DNA of 64,000 bases. Source: the human T2T-CHM13v2.0 reference genome, Homo sapiens. Location: assembly GCF_009914755.1 (NCBI RefSeq), contig NC_060927.1. The stretch is one strand, 5' to 3'. Numbering within the stretch: position 1 is the first letter of the stretch; every line of letters begins with the position of its first letter. Both the position numbers and the translations under genes were made by a program. Under the pieces are notes generated by a model. It was not told the origin of the DNA and did not search any database. It worked only from the letters and a program-made list of their open reading frames with translations. Shown one piece after another: positions 19,484-36,980 of the stretch.

Positions 19484-19776
19484 TTTTTTTTTTTTTGAGA
19501 CAAGGTCTTACTCTGTCACCCAGACTGGAGTACAGTAGCGAGATTACGGCTCACTGAAGCCTCAACTTCTTGGGCTCACGCAATTCTCCCGCCTCAGCCT
19601 CCTAAGTAGCTAGGACTACAGGCGCATGCCATTACACGCGGCTAATTATTTTATTTTTGGTAGAAACAGGGTCTCCCTATGTTGCTCAGGCTGGTCTTGA
19701 ACTCCTGAGCTCAAGTGATCCTACCGCCTGGGCCTTGCAAAGTGGTGGGATTACAGGTGTAAGCCACCGCACCCAG
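19484..19776 (-). mobile_element. AluJ
   Basis: Full length, poly-T head; TSD-like AGAAGTATTA. Confidence 0.9.
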
Positions 19777-21769
19777 ACAGAGAAGAAGTATTAGACAAAA
19801 ATCTCTCACATGTGCATATCTGTGATGGCTAGAGCAGGTCATCAGAAGTTCAATGCTGCCAAAACACAAGCTGCATGTGTAGGTGTAGAGGTGGGGATAA
19901 GAGGCTGGAGTGTGTGGTAGATTGTAATGATGGCCCCAATTCTTTACCCTCCTTTGTAGTCTCACTGCCACATAACTGCATGGCCCTCATTCTATGGGTG
20001 AGGCGACCTGCCCTATCCCCATACTGGGCTCTACAATGGAGGGCTTTGTGAGGTAAAGAAAATAATTCATTAAAGGATTTTAAAGAGGGTTAGTAACATG
20101 ATTAAATTTCCCATTGTGAAAATCATTCTAGCTACAATAAAAATGAAATGGAGGGGAACAAGAATGGATTATCAGAAGACCAGATGAAGGTTGATAATGC
20201 AATAGTAAAAACTATGGAGAGCATTGGACCAATTCAAGATACACTTAGGAACCACAACTGTTAGACTTTAGACTAATTCACCCTAATGAGAAGCTATTTG
20301 AGAACTGAGGGGTAAGAAAAAGAGGCAGAAAAGGGCCTCTTTCTTAGTTTAACCTATGAATAAACAGGAAATTAAACATGTTGCTATTGTCATAATCTAG
20401 TATTTTAAATTTCTCGCACTTTTGATTTTTAAATTGAAGTTTAGATAAAAGGTGGATTATACAACTTCTTAAAAGTAACGAAGGCAAATACAGGCATACC
20501 TCATTTTATTGCATTTCACTTCATTGTGCTTCCCAGATACTGTATTTATTACAAACTGAAGGTTTGTGGCAACCCTGCATCAAGCGTATCTGGGGGTGCC
20601 ATTTTCCAAAGTGCTCACTTTGTGTCTCTGCCATATTTTGGTAATTCTCCCAATATTTCAAACTTTTTCATTACTATTACATCTGTTATGCGAAATGTGA
20701 TCTTTGATATTACTACTGTAATTGTTTTGGGGCACTACAAACTGCACCATATGAGACAGCAAACTTAATGGATAAATGTTTGTTCTCATTGTTCCATCAA
20801 TGAGCCATTCCCCCATCTCTCTCCCTCACGTCAGACCTCCCTATTCCCTAAAACACAAGAATATTGAAATAAGGCCAACTAATAACCCTAAATGGCCTCC
20901 GAGTGTTCAAGTGAAAGGACATCACACATCTCTCACTTTAAATCAAAAAGTGGATATTAAGCTTAGTGAGAAAACATGTCAAAAGCCCAGACAAGCTGAA
21001 AGCTGGGCCTCTTGTATTAGCTAGCCGAATTGTAAATGCAAAGAAAAAGTTATTCAAGGAAATTAAAAGTGCTACTCCAGTGAACATACAAATGGTAACA
21101 AAGAAAACAGCCTCACTGCTGATATGGAGAAAGTTTTGCTGATATGGTCTGGATCGACCAGCCACGACATTGCCCTAAACCAAAGCCTAATCCAGAGCAA
21201 AGCCCTAACTCTTTTTAAGTCTATGAACCTCCAGAGAGGTGAGAAAGCTACAGAAGAAACGTATGAAGGTTAACAGCGGTTAGTTCGTGAGGTTTAAGGA
21301 AAGAAGCTGTCCCATAACATAAAAGCACAATGTGAAACAGCAAGTGTGAATCTACAAACTGTAGCAAGTTATCCAGAAGACCTAGCTAAGATCACTGATG
21401 AAGGTGACTAAACTAACAGACTTTTCAAGGGTGACAAAACAGCCTTATACTGTATTGGAAGAAGATGCCATCTAGACTTCCATACCTAGAGAGGAGAAGT
21501 CAATGCCTGGCTTCAAAGCTTCAAAGGATAAGCTGACTCTCTTGTTAGTGGCTAACGCAGCTGGTAACTTTAAGTGGAAGCCAATGCTTATTTACCATTC
21601 CAAAAATCCTACCATCCTTAAGAATTATGCAAAATCTACTCTGCCAATGCTCTAGAAATAGAACAACATATTTGGATGACAGTACATCTGTTTACAGCAT
21701 GGTTTACTGAATAAGCTCACTGTTGAACCTACGGTTTAGAAAAAAGATTCCTTTAAAAATATTATGTAC

Positions 21770-22100
<331 letters not shown>

Positions 22101-22487
22101 TCACCAAAGGCTCTGATGGAGATTGTTGTTTTTATGCCTGTTAAGATAGCATCCATTCTGCAGCCATGAATCAAGAAGTAATTCTGATTTTCAAATCTTA
22201 TTATTTAAGAAATACGTTTTGTAAGGCTATTTCTGCATTAAATAGAGATTCCTCCAATGGATCTGGGCAAAGTAAACTGAAAACCATCTGGAAACAATTC
22301 ACCATGCTAAATGCCATTGAGAACATTTGTGATTTATGAGAGGAGGTCAAAATATCAACACGAGCAAATGTGGAGGAAGTTGATTCCTACCCTCATGGAT
22401 GACTTTGAGAGGTTCAAGACTTCACTGGAGAAAGTAACCGCAAATGTGGAAGAAAAAGCAACAGAACTAGAATTAGAAGTGGAGCCT

Positions 22488-22797
<310 letters not shown>

Positions 22798-23315
22798 GTG
22801 AAGCCTGAAGATGTGGCTGCACTCTCTCACAATCAAACTTAAACGGATAAGGAGCTGCTTCTTATGGATAAGAAAGTTGTTTCTTGACATAAAATCTATT
22901 TCTGGTAAAGATGCTGAGAACACTGTTGAAATGACAAAGAGTTTAGAATATTATATAAACTTAGTTGTTACAGCAGCAATAGGGTTTGAGAGAAATGACT
23001 TCAATGTTGAAAGAAGTTCCACTGTGGGTAAAATATTATCTATCAAACACATCACATGCTACAGAGATATGTTTCATGAAAGGAAGTGTCAACTGATGTG
23101 GCCAACTTCACTGTTGTCTTATTTTAAGAAAGTGACAAAGCCATCCCAACCTTCAGCAACCACCACCCTGATCAGTCAGCAGCCATCAACATTGAGGCAA
23201 GACTCTCCACCAGCAAGATTACAACTCACTGAAGGCTCAAATGCTCATCTGCATACTTTAGCAATCAAGTATTTTTTAATTAAGATATGTACTTTTAAAA
23301 GACATAATGCTATTA

Positions 23316-23646
<331 letters not shown>

Positions 23647-24351
23647 AGACTACAGTATAGTGTACACATAACTTTCATATGCACTAGGAAATCAAAAAAT
23701 TGACATGACTCGTTTATTGTGATATTCGCTTTATTGCAGCAGTCTGGAACAGAACTTACAACATCTCTGAGGTATGCCTGTATGTTTAAAACTAAAATGT
23801 ATTTAAATTACATAATTATTTCATTGTTTTAAGGGGTGTGGAGAGCCTCTAAGAGTAAGTTTCTTTATATACTTAAATTGAAACAGAAAAGTTTGCTAGC
23901 CATCCTGATAATAGTAATCCTCTTAAACTTGGCCAAAATATTCTTCAATATACCCATAATTAGCCGTTCAAATCAGACACGGTTAATCTTCTGATTCAAC
24001 CAGTAAGGAGAATGACTAAAAATTTATTTTCAACTCAAATGGCTGAAATATTAATCTATAAATATAGAAACAATTCATGTAAAATATATTCCTCATATGA
24101 AATCAGAGTCATGAAAAATGTTCGTAACAGATAATTCATTTTGTAGAAAACAAGGGTAATATTAATGAATTCAGTTGATGAGTGACTTAAATAACTGTTT
24201 AAACAATGTAATCAGACCTACTATAGTATAACCAATAGAAAGACTGTTCCTGTCATCCTTATTAGCACAATCTCTAATTATGACTTGATTTTATACTTTG
24301 TAATTACCCACATAAATTCACGCTAACACTTCAGCACCATAAATAATATAA

Positions 24352-24536
24352 AGCAGTAATTCTCAAACTTGAGCATGCATCAGAATCACCTTGAGGGCTT
24401 GTTAAAACACAACTTGCTAGGTCCTACTTTCCAGTTTCTATTTCAGTAGGTTTGGGGTAGATTCTGAGAATTTCCAACAAATTTATAGGTGATGCTGATG
24501 CTGCTGTTCTAGAAACTACATTTTGAGAACTACTGA
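24352..24536. mobile_element. MER5A
   Basis: CAGTAATTCTCAAA...TTTGAGAACTACTG inverted termini; GCATCAGAATCACC and GGTGATGCTGATGCTGCTG core. Confidence 0.85.
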
Positions 24537-24581
24537 TACAGTAATGATTAAGACAAAGACTCTGGAATCAAAAAAACCTTA

Positions 24582-25341
<760 letters not shown>

Positions 25342-25637
25342 TAATGATACACACATGCTGAAGTATTGAGGAGGAAGCAAACTGAGGTCTGAAATTTAAC
25401 TTTGAAATGCATCAAAAGTAAGATGGACTAATGGATAGAGGGATGGAGAGATGGACAGATAAGTATTACACAGTTATAGTAAAACATTAATAGGCAGAAT
25501 CATCTGGGTAAGGATTACACTGGTGATAGCTGTAAAATTCTTTCAACCTTGTTGAATGTTTAAAAGGTTTTGTAATAAAATGTTAGTTACAATCATAATA
25601 ATATATATACATGTCTACAGCACTTGAATATGGCATA

Positions 25638-26320
25638 GAGTAGACCCTCTTACCTGCAGGAAGACATTCCAACACCCCAGTGGATGCCTAAAACCATGGA
25701 TAGTACCAAACCCTACATACACTATGTTTTTTCCTATACTATATACACATACATACAATAAAGTTTTAACTTATAAATTAGGTACATTAAGAGATTAATA
25801 ATAAAATAGAACAATTATAACAATATACTGTTTACAATTTCATGGATAGAAGATTCATTCTTACAGTAAATCTTAGCAACCTCAGCATGATTTTTCGTCT
25901 TTCCTTACTAAGTCAAGAACTTTCCCTTTTCACTTAAAGGAAGCACTTTACAGCTTTCCTTTGGCATACCTGAATTGTGAGCATAACTACACTTTGGAGC
26001 CATATTAAGTAAAATAAAGGTCACGTGAACACAAGCCCTGTGACACCATGCCAGTCCATCTAATAACCAAGTCCGCTACTAAGCAACTAATTGACAGGTA
26101 GCATGCACGGCACAGACATGGTGGACAAAGAGATGATTCACATCCTGGTGGGACAAAATGGGATGGCGAGAAATTTCACCATACTACTCAGAACAGCACA
26201 CAATTTAAAACATAATTTGTCACATATTTCTGGAATTTTCTATTTAATGTTTCTGGACCTTGGTTGATCGCAGGTAACCGAAACTTCAGAAATCAAAACC
26301 ATGGATAAGGGAGGACTACT
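25638..26320. mobile_element. MER82-like TcMar-Tigger non-autonomous element
   Basis: Degenerate TIRs AGTAGACCCTCTTA.. / ..ATAAGGGAGGACTACT; internal CCCCAGTGGATGCCT..GGATAGTACC..; about 680 bp. Confidence 0.75.
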
Positions 26321-26727
26321 TATTGTACTTCTGTTACAGGAAACAGAAGATCAAAGTAATATGACCAACCAAGGGTAAGACTGGTTTTCGAACCAGTGCA
26401 TTCATCTAAAATTAACTACCGTTTACCCAAATATAGATAGCAAGAGGGGCCTTTACTTGGTGAAGAGAGACAATTAAAATATTCTCCACTGGCAACACAC
26501 CCTACATTCCAGGTTTCCCAGGACAGTCCTGGTTTATGCCTGTTGTCCCAACTGTACTCCAGTTTAGAAAACAAATTATATGTTCACCATGCTCATGGAT
26601 TTCCCAGTTTTCTAAATGCTTCATTTATATTTGAAGAATTTCATTTTTCACTCTTAAAAGTATCGTTTACGTGACCGAAATAATTTCTAAAGATTTACTA
26701 ATAACATGGTAAAACTGGAGTACTCAC

Positions 26728-26882
26728 GGGTAGCCAAGGAAAAGGAGATTGAGGACTGAATGGCTTCGAAAGAGATTGACGAGGGTCCAACAAAGTACCC
26801 ATCCACACAAAGTGAGTAGTACCAAGCGAGCTGATATCAGAACCATGTAGTGAATCATTGATGCTGCACCTGCCTTAGTAGC
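26728..26882 (-). CDS. TMEM39A: TMEM39A exon 5 ([12 protein letters not shown]...LLFLGYP)
   Basis: TTTCAG acceptor, CC|GTGAGT donor, 155 nt. Confidence 0.97.
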
Positions 26883-27311
26883 CTGAAAGTTTGGAAGCAC
26901 CAAAATGAACATTTTGTAAATGATCTTCTTCAAAAGCATTGTAATTCAAGTAAGAACTTAATAGGTTTAGTGGAAGCTAAAATGTGTCTTTAAAAAGTGA
27001 AATAAAAGAAAAACTGCCCCATCCCACCTTATCTTCGTAATAATTGAAAATTCAGACTTCTCCAGGCACAGTTGTTTCCTTCTTGCACCCCGAGAGTGCC
27101 ATCTACAGAACTCTTTTAAGGTCTTTTTATATCATCTAATTTATTAACATTGGAGCTTCTCAAAGTATGTTCCACGGATCACATTATTTTGTTCCATCAG
27201 AATGACCTGGGCTACTAATTGGACATGTAAACTCCTAACAACTTTCCTCTCAAGGGGTAAGGAATAAAATCTTGAGTCAAGCAACCTATATTTTAACAAC
27301 TTAACCAGTGT

Positions 27312-27624
<313 letters not shown>

Positions 27625-28973
27625 TGATTTTTTATGTACATAAACATGGAGAGACACTAATTTATCTGTCTTACTTCCCACTAAACTATAAAGGGCCTCA
27701 ACAGCAGTAACAATATTTTTATTTTTCTTTGAATCCTCACCTCTAATTTGCTTGGTGAATTAATGTTTAATAAATTAGTGAAGTTTCAAAAAATAATCCG
27801 ATCTTCTTTGACAGATCCCTATATAAATAAGTTTCTTTTTTAACTTTTGCAAACATGGAAATAATGCATAATCACTTCCAATTCTTTTTATCACAGCTAT
27901 TCAAATATGCTTCTTCAATCGCAAATCTTTAAAACTGACTAAATATATTAAGTACTTGTCAAAACTTACTCTGCAATGCCATTTTCTTTCTGAATGAACT
28001 AGGGAGAAGAGAATGAGCAAAATGTAGGGGAAAATGGAAGATCCCCATAACCTCTAAGAGAGCAGTGATGGAACCCAAAAAGGAGAAAAAAATTATCTAG
28101 AGTCAACAGTACATGGTAGGGGATAAGGAGCTTTTCAGGTCCCTCCTATATATCCGTTTCTTAGTTTACAGATCATATTATGGAGTACCTATAACATATA
28201 CGCAATATACTGTATACTGAATACTATATATATACAGCATATATACGTAATATATAGTTACTTTAAAATGCAAAGCAGCAGTTGAATAAATGCCATAATG
28301 AACGGCTTAAGCCTCAAACTGTGAAGATGGCTCAAGCTCTTCTCAGTCATAGCCTGGCACATAGCTTCATATAACTCCCCTGATACATACCTTCATGCCA
28401 ATTTACCTCACATATCAAAGCTTAGTAAAGTTATTTAAGCTATTGGAGTTACTCTATTACCTCCTTCTCAAAAGTTCAGGGTTAGAAATAAAAAAGACTA
28501 TTTCTGCCCAATGTCATCAGAGCACAGAGCTTGGATTTGTTAATTTTGCCTTATTCCAGAGCCCCAAGCCGCTAATCACTGTGGTGTATGTCACAGACCC
28601 TTTACCAGGTCCTAGGGGTACAGTGGTAACCAAGACAAACAAAACCCCTGTGCTTATGAAGCTGACTAACCAAGAAAAACAAATATTAAACTTTTATCTA
28701 ATCATTTTTTTAATTGTAATGAGTGCTATAGGAAGAGTAGGCTGCTATGGAAAGTAAATAACAGGAGATCCTATTCTAGAGATGGCTTGTGTTAGTAAAC
28801 GGTATTTAAGCTGAGACCTAAAGGATAAGCAAGATTTCGCTAGGTGAGGGGCAGAAAAATATTCATAACATTATGTTAATTTTAAAGTACAGGATATGAA
28901 ACTGTATATAAATAATTCTCAAATATAGTAAAATAAATGTAAATATAAAATCTTCATACGCATATGAAGATCA

Positions 28974-29352
<379 letters not shown>

Positions 29353-30249
29353 GTGGTCTTCAATAATGAGATTGTGAGCAATTTTTAAATGTCCTGCTTT
29401 ATATTTTAGTGTTTTCCAAATTTTTTTCAATAAAATATACTATTTTCCTAGAAAAACAATTTTTAAAAAGAGAGTTGCTTCAGGTTGGTGAAAAAACAGC
29501 TAAATTTATTTCTAGTCTTGTGAAGCAAGTATAGAAGTAGAGTTAGCCTGGAGGTGAACAGGCAGAGCTGGCCTGAAGGTGAATAAACGGACTCTACCTA
29601 CGTGGAGAGGTAGTCCTCTCTGAATAGCATTTCCGTTTATGAATTAATTACCAGCAGCCTCTCCTTAAATATTATTGATCTTTCTCAGGGTAGGGATCCT
29701 TTCTGTGATATATGCAAAAAAAGGAGGAAAACATATTTTAATGGAAGGAAGGAAAGATGATTTATGATAGGTTTTATCCATCTAATTTAGATATTTTAGG
29801 AAGAAAATCACTATACAGCTCTTATTTTAAATTTTTGAATAGGTAACACATTCATATCACTCAAAACACAAAACATGTAACAGTGCTTGTAGTGAAAAGC
29901 TTCCCACCTGCTGATCCTGTCTCCTAGCCACCAACTGTGCAACCTGTTATTAGTTTGTATGTCCTTCTGGAAACAATTTATTCATATATAAGCAAATATA
30001 TTTTGTTCCCTCCTGTCTCATTTTAAACACTGTTCTGCACCTTGCTTTTTTCATTTAACATCTTGGAGGTCAATACATAAACACATTTTCATGTTGTCAA
30101 TGGCTGTATGCTATTCCATTATGTAGATGTACCAAAATTATTTAAACATTCCCTTACTGATGAACATTAAGTTATAGAATTAAGACTTTGATAAAACGAT
30201 GTTTAAATTTAGCTTAAGTATTCTGTTCCCATTAAGAACTGCAAGCCTT

Positions 30250-30561
30250 GGCCAGGCACTTGGGATCACACCCGTAATCCCAGCACTTTGGGAGGCCAAG
30301 GTGGGTGGATCACTTTAGACCAGAAGTTCGAGACCAGCCTGGCCAACATAGTGAAACCCTGTCTCTACTAAAAACACAAAAATTAGCTGGGTATGGTCGT
30401 GGGCGCCTGCAATCCCAGCTACTCAGGAGGCTGAGGCAGGAGAATCGCTCGAACCTGGGAAGCAGAGGTTGCATGAGCTGAGATGGCACCACTGTGCTCC
30501 TGCTTCAACCTAGGCGACAGAGCCAGACTCCATCTCAAAAAAAAAAAAAAAAAAAAAAAAA
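30250..30561 (+). mobile_element. AluS
   Basis: Full length; TSD AAGAA(C/T)TGCAAGCCT. Confidence 0.92.
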
Positions 30562-31231
30562 AGAATTGCAAGCCTATTCCAACTAAGGCTATGCAAAAGC
30601 TGCTATACTACTTTTAGGGCATTTAAGTTATCTTTGCAGCAACAAGGTAGAAATCCCAGTTTTGAAGGGTTACACACTAACTGGGCATACTAATTGGACA
30701 TGTACAAGTAGCATGTCCAAGTAACTGAAGGAATGAAACAAAATCATTTCCTATTTTAACAAATGAAAACATAAAATTCCACTGAGATCCTCTAAAGAAA
30801 GAACATGCTTTCACAATATAACAAAAAGTGAGTTTCTATTTCCATCCTCTAAATAAAAACTCTGAAAGAAAAGATTATAAACAGACGTTCCTACTGTGAA
30901 AAACAAGGAATCCTACTACCTGTGCTTTTTGGTTAACTTCAAATGGTTTTCAGATCTTGACTTAGTATTTCCAGTTACTCTGCTTCCAGAAATAGGGTTC
31001 CTGAAAATCAGAGCTTACACACACAGACCTTCCATGTATGTTTTGGGAAAAAGAAGTTGACTCTCAATTATTTGTGATTATAGTAACTATTCATTTAAAA
31101 TTTCACACTGAATTATAAGTTCCAAGATTAAAATTATTAGCCACTTCAGCTAAATTAACATTTTTTGTTTTTGTAATCACTTATAGAGCACAAGATAACA
31201 ATATTTTAAGAAAGCACATTTCCCTGCCTCA

Positions 31232-31606
<375 letters not shown>

Positions 31607-32157
31607 TTAATTTTAAAAAGATCATTTAATGTTCTAATTCTTTCTCATTCTGCTCACTAAACTTAGATTCTAATCTTCAGATTAATCCTATACGAATTCT
31701 GATACTCACTGGTTTTTAAAATTCTAAGAAACTCAAATAAATGTTTCTTGCTAACAATCTTCTCAAATGGTATATATAAACAGTATCAAGTGAATATTAT
31801 CTGGAACTGAATGTTTTAGGTGCAATTGTATGTGTACAGATAACACTTCGTATTAATAGTTACCTGAAATTCATCCTATTTTTACTGAAACTATTTAAAT
31901 TGTTTAAATTGTACTGAAAAACTCAGTAGCGGAACACAAGCTCCGACCCTACGAATGAATTTTCTAACAGTTTTTGACACTTGAATTTTAAAAAATTACA
32001 CTGCAGGGAAACATTTTTTAAAGTACTGGCAGAACTCACATGGGAGTAAAGTAATTTATTGTTTCATTAAATGGGGACACGTCACGTTTTTAACCTGCAC
32101 CCATTCTAGTAACTAACTCTAGCTACATGTGATAGAATATAGTCAATGAACTGTTAC

Positions 32158-32241
32158 CTCTGAGATGAGAGCCCATACAAGCCTCCTCGCAAGCATCACT
32201 GTGATGAATGCTGCCAGATGATAATCAATGAGATGAAAATT
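32158..32241 (-). CDS. TMEM39A: TMEM39A exon 4 ([12 protein letters not shown]...ALISE)
   Basis: TTGTAG acceptor, GAG|GTAACA donor, 84 nt; too short for the ORF track. Confidence 0.96.
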
Positions 32242-32999
32242 CTACAACAGAAATAAATAACTACATCAGAAAGAAATATGATGTGTATTCAGCTGGCACT
32301 ACTACAAGAATAGAGGTTTATCCCTCAAAAGATCTTCCTTAGATCACCACACCCTTACAGATTATGGGAATATGAGAGATCTTGAAGAGACTACGTACCT
32401 TCTACTTCTTCTTTCATAACAAATTGCTTTAAGTTTTTAAACACTATTTTAAACTACCTGCAATATATTCCTCTCCCTTTTCAAAAGTATTACTGTACTA
32501 AAAGGAAAAGATTGCAGCTTTGAGTTAACAAGTTATAACCTGCAGAATTATGGCAAGAATAATTTATATAAAATGGCATATTTATAATGTGTCAAACTAT
32601 CAGTTGGGATTCAGTCTTCAGAAGTTACTGTTGTTGGTCTCTTACACAAGCTTATGTTAATCTAATTGGGCATCTACTAAATTCTCTACTAGATGGTACA
32701 TCAATTATACTCATTTAGTGTTTCTCCTAGTTTGATTTAGAAGTATGCCTTATGTTTGGTCTCTTCTAAAAAATAATAGCATTACCTAGATGCTGTCTAC
32801 AGTTCCTTCTAGTTCTAAATCTGTATATACAACTGTGGTAATAAGCAAATGAAAAGTCTTTAGCAACAATATCCCAGGAACCACCAAAATCAGGATGTAT
32901 TTTCATTTTGATGATCAAAAGGTCTGTAGGTTTCCACAATTCCTTCCAGAATGAAACATTAAATTTCTTGATTACTTAATTTAATAAATCTATACATAG

Positions 33000-34010
33000 C
33001 ATCCACAATGCACCAGGTACTCTCCTTCACACTAAAGATACAGTGTGGAAGATGACAGCCAAGGTTCCTGCTCTCCTGGGTCTTACTTTCTACTGTGGTG
33101 TCAGAGGGAAAGGAAATGGCAGAGATTACTATTCGTTCCTTCTGCATCACCATAAAATTTAACTAGGCACTGACTCCTAGCCAGCTAAAGGTTCATTTTC
33201 CAGCCTCCCTTGCAAAAACTACTTTTAGCCAAGGGATGAGTGAAAAAGTAATACGCACAACTTCTAAGCCATACTCTTCTAGAAAGAGCTGTCCCCTTTT
33301 CTCTTTTCTTTCTCCTTCCTGCTGGTCAGATATGATAACTGGAGTTAGAGTACCTGCCTTGGACCATGGTTTGGAAGAAGCATATTGGGGATGGAAGAGC
33401 AATAAATACAAAGAGTTGCCATGCTGATGTTATATCACCCACCTAAACGTTTATTAAATAGGGAAATAAGTTTCTATTTTGTTTTAGCCACCCTGTTATG
33501 GCAGCTAAACCCATATCTTCAATAAATTTGTTTGGAGAAGCAGGGCAAGTAATGACAATAAACAAGCTCCCAAACAAAAGCATTTTAAATAGTTAAAACT
33601 GCTTGTAAGAAATAAAACAGTAACAAATAATGACTAAGAAGGAGGTGCAGAGCCCATTTAAACTGGTGGTTAGGGAGGCTATCTCTGAGAGGATGGCATT
33701 TGGGCTGAGAGCTGAATGACAAAAAGGCACCTGGCATTACAAGCTCTGGGGACAAAGGGCCCCAGACAGAAGAAAAAGCAATCACAAAGGCCCTAAGACA
33801 GGAAAATATATGCCTAGTGTGTCTAAAAAGCAGCAAGAAGGCTGGAGTGAGATAATTATTGTAGTGGGGCAAGATCAGTTAAGAAGCTCTTGCTTTTAAT
33901 TCGAGTGAAAAATGATAACAGACTGAATAGTGTGAGTAGCAATGGAGATGGAATTAAGTGGCCAAATTTAGTATACATTTTAGAGATAGTACAGCCAGAA
34001 TGTCAAGAGT
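33000..34010. mobile_element. L2 fragment (minus) interrupted by a MaLR MLT1-type LTR (about 33130-33510)
   Basis: CATTTTCCAGCCTCCCTTGCA is MLT1-like; GGCATTTGGGCTGAGAGCTGAATGAC..CAAAGGCCCTAAGACAGGAA is antisense L2-like. Confidence 0.55.
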
Positions 34011-34220
34011 GGCTTGCCACTCCTTAGATCATTTCCTTTTCTCCCTCTCTAAGTATAATGGATTCTAACAGTATTTATCCCCTCCTATTTTTGGGACTCC
34101 TCCTTGCCTACCCTACTCCTCCAAAATAATGCATGCAGATTCACTCGACCCCTGGCTGATGTCTGGGTCTTATTAATGCATCACCAGTCCATCTAAGACA
34201 TTTTTAAAAATCAAAATATT

Positions 34221-34508
34221 GGCCGGGTGCGGTGGCTCACGCCTGTAATCCCAGTAATTTGGGAGGCCAAGGCAGGCAGATCATGAGGTCAGGATATCAA
34301 GACCATCCTGGCCAATGTGGTGAAACCCTGTCTCTACTAAAAATACAAAAATTAGCTGGGCATGGTGGTGCATGCCTGTAATCCCAGCTACTCGGGAGGC
34401 TGAGGCAGGAGAATCGCTGAACCAGGGAGTCGGAGGTTGCAGTGAGCAGAGGTCATACCACTGCACTCCAGCCTGCTGACAGAGCCAAACTCCGTCTCAA
34501 AAAAAAAA
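34221..34508 (+). mobile_element. AluSc-like
   Basis: Full length; TSD AAAAATCAAAATATT. Confidence 0.92.
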
Positions 34509-35677
34509 TCAAAATATTTAAGTGCCTAATACATCTTTTTGTTAAGCAAATCATGTTATAACCAAATCAATGAAAATGGTAATGTGCTTATGATTAACTC
34601 TTTGTAACCCAGAATATTTGATTAATCAGAGCCCTCTATTCCTGACTATTCTGAATATTTACTACTTCTAGCTTTTATGTTTCTTAGGGTTAAGACTCAT
34701 TCAGTTAATTGGTTGACAGCTAGAATGATACTTCACATATTCAGGTGTCCACATTTTCTTTTTGATATTAAGGTCTTGAAATGGAAAAATAAAAACCTAA
34801 TAAATAAATCTGACAAAATTATTATGAGTATCTGACCCAGACACTCATAATAGAAGAAAACTTAAAAGACAGACCACATATTTGGGACAGAAGTCCTTGC
34901 TAGAGCCTCCTGACCAGGTAACCACCTTCCACACTTCAATACCTTCAGTGATGGGAAATAACTTGATCTCCGGCAGTCCAATCTATCTTTGAACAACTCA
35001 CTGATACAGGCTCCTTTCAGATTCATGGGCTAAACTCTTATTTGCTATTTCACATGTTACTCTTGGCTTCACAATCCAATTTTAAGCTTTGTGTTAGCAA
35101 AGATTATGTGCATCAGATAAGTGAGCCAATCTACTCTACAACCTCCATTAAGTGTGCGTTCCTCTACTGCAGAGGCTGGAAAGCTAAAAATGACATTTCC
35201 AAACTTTCTTGCAACTCAGACTCTAGATACGATTTAGGTTCTGTCAACCACAGGCATCATATAAAACTTGAATAGAAGTGAGTGAAGTTAGGGGGAAAGG
35301 TAGCAAAAGGCATCCATTTTTGGTGGTAAGGGTCAAAGCAAAGGAAGCATTAATTCTGGAGTCAGCAGCTATAACAGCAGGTTCCTGATTATGACAAGAA
35401 CACTGGCTCCCTGTTTCAAGGCAGTATTTGTAGGTGACTTTCTAAAGAACTATAGTCAGATATGTTAGATTGGGCAAAGAACTCTTCGATGAGACTGAAA
35501 ATTCAACAAATGAGAAGTTTCCAGGGAAATGTCAACCCAAGTAGAAATTTTATAATGAACTACCCAAGAAGCACTTACAGAATAAATATAGGACTAAAAC
35601 AGGAAGTAAAGCACAGTAGATTGGTCTGGACTTGGGCACTCACTATGCCGCTATGTGATTTTTGAACCAGTTTATAG

Positions 35678-35781
35678 GTCTTACATTCATTTATAAAATG
35701 GGAGTCATATAATGGTACCTACCCATTTTGTCTTACATTCATATATAAAATGGGAGTCATATAACGGTACCAACCCATTTT
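35678..35781. repeat. 2 x 52-bp tandem duplication inside a MIR
   Basis: Units 35678-35729 and 35730-35781 differ at 3 positions. Confidence 0.9.
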
Positions 35782-36384
35782 TATAAAGAGCAAATGAGAT
35801 AATACTTGTAAATAATCTAAATATTTTAATGTGTGTTCGTTATTGACACTGTTAAGATAGTGAGTATTTATTTATAGAACTATATAGCTGTAAAAGGCCT
35901 TAAAGAACATCCAATCCAACTTCTTTCTTTTAAAACACCATGGCCAAAAAGGATGAATGAAGTACAGTTCCTACACTCAATAAGCTCTTAATCCAGATAA
36001 GAAAAAAAGACTTAAAAAAAAATTTGGCACTATATCATTGCAATTTTTCAACACAGAAACTGACATTCTTATCACATGATATTAAGTAGACAGGAGGTCA
36101 ATATAGCAAGAAAATTTTTAATACCAGGAACAACCAAATGATACAAATATTTAAAACAAAAATTTTTATTCTCTTTCCATACTATCTTAAGGATTTTGGC
36201 CCACATTTCCTTTCTATGTTCACCATGATAGGGAGGCTTTCTAATCTTTATTAGTCCCAAACACATATATAAGACAATAGTCTTCTTTCGCCTAGAGCCT
36301 ATCTCTATCACTCATGCAAATCTGCCATTGCCAACAACCTATCTGTCAAGTCATCTGACTAGCCTTAGTACAGTTTCCACAATC

Positions 36385-36980
<596 letters not shown>

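Noticed and set aside
28190-28262. AT-rich quasi-palindrome as a possible pre-miRNA
   Set aside because: Low-complexity TA sequence with an imperfect stem; no supporting features.
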